Source: Macrostomum lignano (taxonomy: Eukaryota). Taken from it: 64,000 nucleotides of DNA. The notes below the pieces were generated by a model, which saw only the letters and a program-made list of their open reading frames with translations, was not told the origin of the DNA and did no database searches. The position numbers were made by a program, and so were the translations under genes. Shown here one piece after another: positions 56,101 to 64,000 of this stretch. The stretch is from assembly GCA_002269645.1 (NCBI GenBank), contig NIVC01000090.1, positions 310,001-374,000 of the forward strand, read 5' to 3'. Numbering within the stretch: the first letter of the stretch is position 1; every line of letters starts with the position of its first letter.

Positions 56101-59100
56101 AAGTGTTGAGACGCAAACATTCGTAGAAGTTGCATGTACGGAAGCTTGTAAGGAAATACAACAGCAAAACAGCAGAGTATCCATACAACAAATCCTTGAA
56201 GTAACAAGCACGTCCAGTTGCAGAGAAACCGCAACTATCGAAAACAGCATGCAGCACGGTCGAACTGTTTCTGTCAGCACCACCGGCTGCTGCAAAGAGA
56301 CACAACTAAGCGAAAGCCGAGTGCACTTTAAAGAAGAGATCGCCGTGACCGGAAGCGGTTGCTTCAGGGAAATGAGTCTTAATGAAAGCAAAGTGCAGTT
56401 CAAGGAGGAGATCGCCGTGACCGGAAGCGGTTGCTTCAGAGAGACGAGCTACAACGAGAGCAGAGTGCGATTCAAGGAGGAGATCGCCGTGACCGGAAGC
56501 GGTTGCTTCAGAGAAATGAGTCTCAATGAAAGCAGAGTGCGATTCAAGGAGGAGATCGCCGTGACCGGAAGCGGTTGCTTCAGAGAGACGAGCTACAACG
56601 AGAGCAGAGTGCGATTTAAGGAGGAGATCGCCGTGACCGGAAGCGGTTGCTTCAGAGAAACGAGCTACAACGAGAGCAGAGTGCAGTGCAAGGAGGAGAT
56701 CGCCGTGACCGGAAGCGGTTGCTTCAGAGAAATGAGTCTCAATGAAAGCAGAGTGCAGTTCAAGGAGGAGATCGCCGTGACCGGAAGCGGTTGCTTCAGA
56801 GAGACGAGCTACAACGAGAGCAGAGTGCGATTCAAGGAGGAGATCGCCGTGACCGGAAGCGGTTGCTTCAGAGAAATGAATCTCAATGAAAGCAGAGTGC
56901 AGTTCAAGGAGGAGATCGCCGTGACCGGAAGCGGTTGCTTCAGAGAGACGAGCTACAACGAGAGCAGAGTGCGATTCAAGGAGGAGATCGCCGTGACCGG
57001 AAGCGGTTGCTTCAGAGAAATGAGTCTCAATGAAAGCAGAGTGCGATTCAAGGAGGAGATCGCCGTGACCGGAAGCGGTTGCTTCAGAGAGACGAGCTAC
57101 AACGAGAGCAGAGTGCGATTCAAGGAGGAGATCGCCGTGACCGGAAGCGGTTGCTTCAGAGAGACGAGCTACAACGAGAGCAGAGTGCGATTCAAGGAGG
57201 AGATCGCCGTGACCGGAAGCGGTTGTTTCAGAGAAATGAGTCTCAATGAAAGCAGAGTGCGATTCAAGGAGGAGATCGCCGTGACCGGAAGCGGTTGCTT
57301 CAGAGAGACAAGCTACAACGAGAGCAGAGTGCGATTCAAGGAGGAGATCGCCGTGACCGGAAGCGGTTGTTTCAGAGAAATGAGTCTCAATGAAAGCAGA
57401 GTGCAGTTTAAGGAGGAGATCGCCGTGACCGGAAGCGGTTGCTTCAGAGAGACGAGCTACAACGAGAGCAGAGTGCGATTCAAGGAGGAGATCGCCGTGA
57501 CTGGAAGCGGTTGCTTCAGAGAGACGAGCTACAACGAGAGCAGAGTGCGATTCAAGGAGGAGATCGCCGTGACCGGAAGCGGTTGTTTCAGAGAAATGAG
57601 TCTCAATGAAAGCAGAGTGCAGTTCAAGGAGGAGATCGCCGTGACCGGAAGCGGTTGTTTCAGAGAAATGAGTCTCAATGAAAGCAGAGTGCAGTTCAAG
57701 GAGGAGATCGCCGTGACCGGAAGCGGTTGCTTCAGAGAGACGAGCTACAACGAGAGCAGAGTGCGATTCAAGGAGGAGATCGCCGTGACCGGAAGCGGTT
57801 GTTTCAGAGAAATGAGTCTCAATGAAAGCAGAGTGCAGTTCAAGGAGGAGATCGCCGTGACTGGAAGCGGTTGCTTCAGAGAGACGAGCTACAACGAGAG
57901 CAGAGTGCGATTCAAGGAGGAGATCGCCGTGACCGGAAGCGGTTGCTTCAGAGAGACGAGCTACAACGAGAGCAGAGTGCGATTCAAGGAGGAGATCGCC
58001 GTGATCGGAAGCGGTTGCTTCAGAGAGACGAGCTACAACGAGAGCAGAGTGCGATTCAAGGAGGAGATCGCCGTGACCGGATGCGGTTGCTTCAGAGAGA
58101 CGAGCTACAACGAGAGCAGAGTGCAGTTCAAGGAGGAGATCCCTGTGACTGGAAGTGGCTTTTGTTTTGAGCTGGATTTTATCTCTGCCAATGTCGTTGC
58201 TGTCGATGAGGTGGTCCTGTCGGCTACCCATGCCAGTTTAGAAGTTAAAGTGCAGGATGCAGAAACGGACAATGACGAATATGTTCAGGTGAAGCATGCT
58301 AAAAAGCTTCATAAGCAGAGTAGACCAAGTGTTGAGACGCAAACATTCGTAGAAGTTGCATGTACGGAAGCTTGTAAGGAAATACAACAGCAAAACAGCA
58401 GAGTATCCATACAACAAATCCTTGAAGTAACAAGCACGTCCAGTTGCAGAGAAACCGCAACTATCGAAAACAGCATGCAGCACGGTCGAACTGTTTCTGT
58501 CAGCACCACCGGCTGCTGCAAAGAGACACAACTAAGCGAAAGCCGAGTGCACTTTAAAGAAGAGATCGCCGTGACCGGAAGCGGTTGCTTCAGGGAAATG
58601 AGTCTTAATGAAAGCAAAGTGCAGTTCAAGGAGGAGATCGCCGTGACCGGAAGCGGTTGCTTCAGAGAGACGAGCTACAACGAGAGCAGAGTGCGATTCA
58701 AGGAGGAGATCGCCGTGACCGGAAGCGGTTGCTTCAGAGAAATGAGTCTCAATGAAAGCAGAGTGCGATTCAAGGAGGAGATCGCCGTGACCGGAAGCGG
58801 TTGCTTCAGAGAGACGAGCTACAACGAGAGCAGAGTGCGATTCAAGGAGGAGATCGCCGTGACCGGAAGCGGTTGCTTCAGAGAAACGAGCTACAACGAG
58901 AGCAGAGTGCAGTGCAAGGAGGAGATCGCCGTGACCGGAAGCGGTTGCTTCAGAGAAATGAGTCTCAATGAAAGCAGAGTGCAGTTCAAGGAGGAGATCG
59001 CCGTGACCGGAAGCGGTTGCTTCAGAGAGACGAGCTACAACGAGAGCAGAGTGCGATTCAAGGAGGAGATCGCCGTGACCGGAAGCGGTTGCTTCAGAGA

Positions 59101-62100
59101 AATGAATCTCAATGAAAGCAGAGTGCAGTTCAAGGAGGAGATCGCCGTGACCGGAAGCGGTTGCTTCAGAGAGACGAGCTACAACGAGAGCAGAGTGCGA
59201 TTCAAGGAGGAGATCGCCGTGACCGGAAGCGGTTGCTTCAGAGAAATGAGTCTCAATGAAAGCAGAGTGCGATTCAAGGAGGAGATCGCCGTGACCGGAA
59301 GCGGTTGCTTCAGAGAGACGAGCTACAACGAGAGCAGAGTGCGATTCAAGGAGGAGATCGCCGTGACCGGAAGCGGTTGCTTCAGAGAGACGAGCTACAA
59401 CGAGAGCAGAGTGCGATTCAAGGAGGAGATCGCCGTGACCGGAAGCGGTTGTTTCAGAGAAATGAGTCTCAATGAAAGCAGAGTGCAGTTCAAGGAGGAG
59501 ATCGCCGTGACCGGAAGCGGTTGCTTCAGAGAGACGAGCTACAACGAGAGCAGAGTGCGATTCAAGGAGGAGATCGCCGTGACCGGAAGCGGTTGTTTCA
59601 GAGAAATGATTCTCAATGAAAGCAGAGTGCGATTCAAGGAGGAGATCGCCGTGACCGGAAGCGGTTGCTTCAGAGAGACGAGCTACAACGAGAGCAGAGT
59701 GCGATTCAAGGAGGAGATCGCCGTGACCGGAAGCGGTTGTTTCAGAGAAATGAGTCTCAATGAAAGCAGAGTGCAGTTCAAGGAGGAGATCGCCGTGACC
59801 GGAAGCGGTTGCTTCAGAGAGATGAGTCTCAATGAAAGCAGAGTGCGATTCAAGGAGGAGATCGCCGTGACCGGAAGCGGTTGCTTCAGAGAGACGAGCT
59901 ACAACGAGAGCAGAGTGCGATTCAAGGAGGAGATCGCCGTGACCGGAAGCGGTTGCTTCAGAGAGACGAGCTACAACGAGAGCAGAGTGCGATTCAAGGA
60001 GGAGATCGCCGTGACCGGAAGCGGTTGTTTCAGAGAAATGAGTCTCAATGAAAGCAGAGTGCAGTTCAAGGAAGAGATCGCCGTGACCGGAAGCGGTTGC
60101 TTCAGAGAGACGAGCTACAACGAGAGCAGAGTGCGATTCAAGGAGGAGATCGCCGTGACCGGAAGCGGTTGCTTCAGAGAAATGAGTCTCAATGAAAGCA
60201 AGTGCAGTTCAAGGAGGAGATCGCCGTGACCGGAAGCGGTTGCTTCAGAGAGACGAGCTACAACGAGAGCAGAGTGCGATTCAAGGAGGAGATCGCCGTG
60301 ACCGGAAGCGGTTGCTTCAGAGAAATGAGTCTCAATGAAAGCAAGTGCAGTTCAAGGAGGAGATCGCCGTGACCGGAAGCGGTTGCTTCAGAGAGACGAG
60401 CTACAACGAGAGCAGAGTGCAGTTCAAGGAGGAGATCGCCGTGACCGGAAGCGGTTGCTTCAGAGAGACGAGCTACAACGAGAGCAGAGTGCGATTCAAG
60501 GAGGAGATCGCCGTGACCGGAAGCGGTTGCTTCAGAGAGACGAGCTACAACGAGAGCAGAGTGCGATTCAAGGAGGAGATCGCCGTGACCGGAAGCGGTT
60601 GCTTCAGAGAGACGAGCTACAACGAGAGCAGAGTGCGATTCAAGGAGGAGATCGCCGTGACCGGAAGCGGTTGCTTCAGAGAGACGAGCTACAACGAGAG
60701 CAGAGTGCGATTCAAGGAGGAGATCGCCGTGACCGGAAGCGGTTGCTTCAGAGAACGAGTCTCAATGAAAGCAGAGTGCAGTTCAAGGAGGAGATCGCCG
60801 TGACCGGAAGCGGTTGCTTCAGAGAGACGAGCTACAACGAGAGCAGAGTGCAGTTCAAGGAGGAGATCGCCGTGACCGGAAGCGGTTGCTTCAGAGAGAC
60901 GAGCTACAACGAGAGCAGAGTGCGATTCAAGGAGGAGATCGCCGTGACCGGAAGCGGTTGCTTCAGAGAGACGAGCTACAACGAGAGCAGAGTGCGATTC
61001 AAGGAGGAGATCGCCGTGACCGGAAGCGGTTGCTTCAGAGAAATGAGTCTCAATGAAGCAGAGTGCAGTTCAAGGAGGAGATCGCCGTGACCGGAAGCGG
61101 TTGCTTCAGAGAGACGAGCTACAACGAGAGCAGAGTGCGATTCAAGGAGGAGATCGCCGTGACCGGAAGCGGTTGCTTCAGAGAGACGAGCTACAACGAG
61201 AGCAGAGTGCGATTCAAGGAGGAGATCGCCGTGACCGGAAGCGGTTGCTTCAGAGAGACGAGTCTCAATGAAAGCAGAGTGCAGTTCAAGGAGGAGATCG
61301 CCGTGACCGGAAGCGGTTGCTTCAGAGAGACGAGCTACAACGAGAGCAGAGTGCGATTCAAGGAGGAGATCGCCGTGACCGGAAGCGGTTGCTTCAGAGA
61401 GACGAGCTACAACGAGAGCAGAGTGCGATTCAAGGAGGAGATCGCCGTGACGGAAGCGGTTGCTTCAGAGAGACGAGCTACAACGAGAGCAGAGTGCGAT
61501 TCAAGGAGGAGATCGCCGTGACCGGAAGCGGTTGCTTCAGAGAAATGAGTCTCAATGAAGCAGAGTGCAGTTCAAGGAGGAGATCGCCGTGACCGGAAGC
61601 GGTTGCTTCAGAGAAATGAGTCTCAATGAAAGCAGAGTGCAGTTCAAGGAGGAGATCGCCGTGACCGGAAGCGGTTGCTTCAGAGAGACGAGCTACAACG
61701 AGAGCAGAGTGCGATTCAAGGAGGAGATCGCCGTGACCGGAAGCGGTTGCTTCAGAGAGACGAGCTACAACGAGAGCAGAGTGCGATTCAAGGAGGAGAT
61801 CGCCGTGACCGGAAGCGGTTGCTTCAGAGAAATGAGCTCAATGAAAGCAGAGTGCAGTTCAAGGAGGAGATCGCCGTGACCGGAAGCGGTTGCTTCAGAG
61901 AGACGAGCTACAACGAGAGCAGAGTGCGATTCAAGGAGGAGATCGCCGTGACCGGAAGCGGTTGCTTCAGAGAAATGAGTCTCAATGAAAGCAGAGTGCA
62001 GTTCAAGGAGGAGATCGCCGTGACCGGAAGCGGTTGCTTCAGAGAGACGAGCTACAACGAGAGCAGAGTGCAGTTCAAGGAGGAGATCGCCGTGACCGGA

Positions 62101-64000
62101 AGCGGTTGCTTCAGAGAGACGAGCTACAACGAGAGCAGAGTGCGATTCAAGGAGGAGATCGCCGTGACCGGAAGCGGTTGCTTCAGAGAAATGAGTCTCA
62201 ATGAAGCAGAGTGCAGTTCAAGGAGGAGATCGCCGTGACCGGAAGCGGTTGCTTCAGAGAGACGAGCTACAACGAGAGCAGAGTGCAGTTCAAGGAGGAG
62301 ATCGCCGTGACCGGAAGCGGTTGCTTCAGAGAGACGAGCTACAACGAGAGCAGAGTGCGATTCAAGGAGGAGATCGCCGTGACCGGAAGCGGTTGCTTCA
62401 GAGAGACGAGCTACAACGAGAGCAGAGTGCGATTCAAGGAGGAGATCGCCGTGACCGGAAGCGGTTGCTTCAGAGAACGAGCTCAACGAAGCAGAGTGCA
62501 GTTCAAGGAGGAGATCGCCGTGACCGGAAGCGGTTGCTTCAGAGAGACGAGCTACAACGAGAGCAGAGTGCAGTTCAAGGAGGAGATCGCCGTGACCGGA
62601 AGCGGTTGCTTCAGAGAGACGAGCTACAACGAGAGCAGAGTGCGATTCAAGGAGGAGATCGCCGTGACCGGAAGCGGTTGCTTCAGAGAGACGAGCTCAA
62701 CGAAGCAGAGTGCAGTTCAAGGAGGAGATCGCCGTGACCGGAAGCGGTTGCTTCAGAGAGACGAGCTACAACGAGAGCAGAGTGCAGTTCAAGGAGGAGA
62801 TCGCCGTGACCGGAAGCGGTTGCTTCAGAGAGACGAGCTACAACGAGAGCAGAGTGCGATTCAAGGAGGAGATCGCCGTGACCGGAAGCGGTTGCTTCAG
62901 AGAGACGAGCTACAACGAAGCAGAGTGCAGTTCAAGGAGGAGATCGCCGTGACCGGAAGCGGTTGCTTCAGAGAGACGAGCTACAACGAGAGCAGAGTGC
63001 AGTTCAAGGAGGAGATCGCCGTGACCGGAAGCGGTTGCTTCAGAGAGACGAGCTACAACGAGAGCAGAGTGCGATTCAAGGAGGAGATCGCCGTGACCGG
63101 AAGCGGTTGCTTCAGAGAGACGAGCTACAACGAGAGCAGAGTGCGATTCAAGGAGGAGATCGCCGTGACCGGAAGCGGTTGCTTCAGAGAAATGAGTCTC
63201 AATGAAAGCAGAGTGCAGTTCAAGGAGGAGATCGCCGTGACCGGAAGCGGTTGCTTCAGAGAGACGAGCTACAACGAGAGCAGAGTGCAGTTCAAGGAGG
63301 AGATCGCCGTGACCGGAAGCGGTTGCTTCAGAGAGACGAGCTACAACGAGAGCAGAGTGCGATTCAAGGAGGAGATCGCCGTGACCGGAAGCGGTTGCTT
63401 CAGAGAAATGAGTCTCAATGAAGCAGAGTGCAGTTCAAGGAGGAGATCGCCGTGACCGGAAGCGGTTGCTTCAGAGAGACGAGCTACAACGAGAGCAGAG
63501 TGCGATTCAAGGAGGAGATCGCCGTGACCGGAAGCGGTTGCTTCAGAGAGACGAGCTACAACGAGAGCAGAGTGCGATTCAAGGAGGAGATCGCCGTGAC
63601 CGGAAGCGGTTGCTTCAGAGAGACGAGCTACAACGAGAGCAGAGTGCGATTCAAGGAGGAGATCGCCGTGACCGGAAGCGGTTGCTTCAGAGAAATGAGT
63701 CTCAATGAAAGCAGAGTGCAGTTCAAGGAGGAGATCGCCGTGACCGGAAGCGGTTGCTTCAGAGAAATGAGTCTCAATGAAGCAGAGTGCAGTTCAAGGA
63801 GGAGATCGCCGTGACCGGAAGCGGTTGCTTCAGAGAGACGAGCTACAACGAGAGCAGAGTGCGATTCAAGGAGGAGATCGCCGTGACCGGAAGCGGTTGC
63901 TTCAGAGAGACGAGCTACAACGAGAGCAGAGTGCGATTCAAGGAGGAGATCGCCGTGACCGGAAGCGGTTGCTTCAGAGAAATGAGTCTCAATGAAAGCA
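38157..64000 (+). CDS. Giant repetitive exon (more than 25 kb, runs off the window): about 657-aa unique region, then a 24-aa tandem repeat array; many apparent frameshifts
   Basis: CACCAG acceptor in phase 0 matches the exon H donor. The ORF is continuous over 38157-41050 and 52838-60229 (2463 aa). The same 24-aa frame resumes after each 1-2 nt indel; no splice signals were noticed in the array. Confidence 0.7.
40128..64000 (+). repeat. Coding tandem repeat, 72-bp unit (FKEEIAVTGSGCFRE[TSY/MSL]NESRV[R/Q]), about 290-300 copies, interrupted by six copies of a 426-bp spacer
   Basis: Unit TTCAAGGAGGAGATCGCCGTGACCGGAAGCGGTTGCTTCAGAGAGACGAGCTACAACGAGAGCAGAGTGCGA. Spacers begin near 47740, 51110, 52890, 54110, 55900 and 58125. 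Confidence 0.98.

Noticed and set aside
41540-62486. Antisense ORFs (SEATASGHGDLLLESHSALVVARL, LKQPLPVTAISSLN)
   Set aside because: Shadow frames of the 72-bp repeat; no start context, splice link or older degenerate copies.
40128-64000. CRISPR-like array
   Set aside because: Units are contiguous near-identical tandem repeats with no unique spacers and no cas genes, in a eukaryotic context.

Overview
This is eukaryotic (metazoan, intron-containing, repeat-rich) genomic DNA; no rRNA, true tRNA, CRISPR or operon structure is seen. (1) 1-8052 is a head-to-tail tandem array of a non-autonomous Helitron-like element carrying a variable AG-rich tract. (2) About 8.5-11.2 kb is a decayed CACTA/EnSpm transposon with an intact right end. 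(3) About 16.0-16.5 kb is a Harbinger-like MITE. (4) 18307-23811 (-) is an intact two-exon SAMD9-family gene (Schlafen/AlbA_2, SIR2-like, STAND-like NTPase, TPR-like, OB-fold; no SAM domain; about 1421 aa). (5) About 25.4-27.4 kb is a decayed RTE-like LINE, and two tRNA-derived CORE-SINEs lie at 29.5-30.5 kb. (6) 29942 to beyond 64000 (+) is a plakin-family gene: eight small phase-compatible exons encode spectrin repeats plus the plakin SH3, and these splice into a giant exon of more than 25 kb made of about 290-300 copies of a 72-bp/24-aa repeat with higher-order structure. Six of its eight introns carry a mini- or microsatellite, each a different one. Frameshifts in the repeat exon look like uncorrected long-read errors. 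Domain calls come from motif recognition by eye, not database searches.
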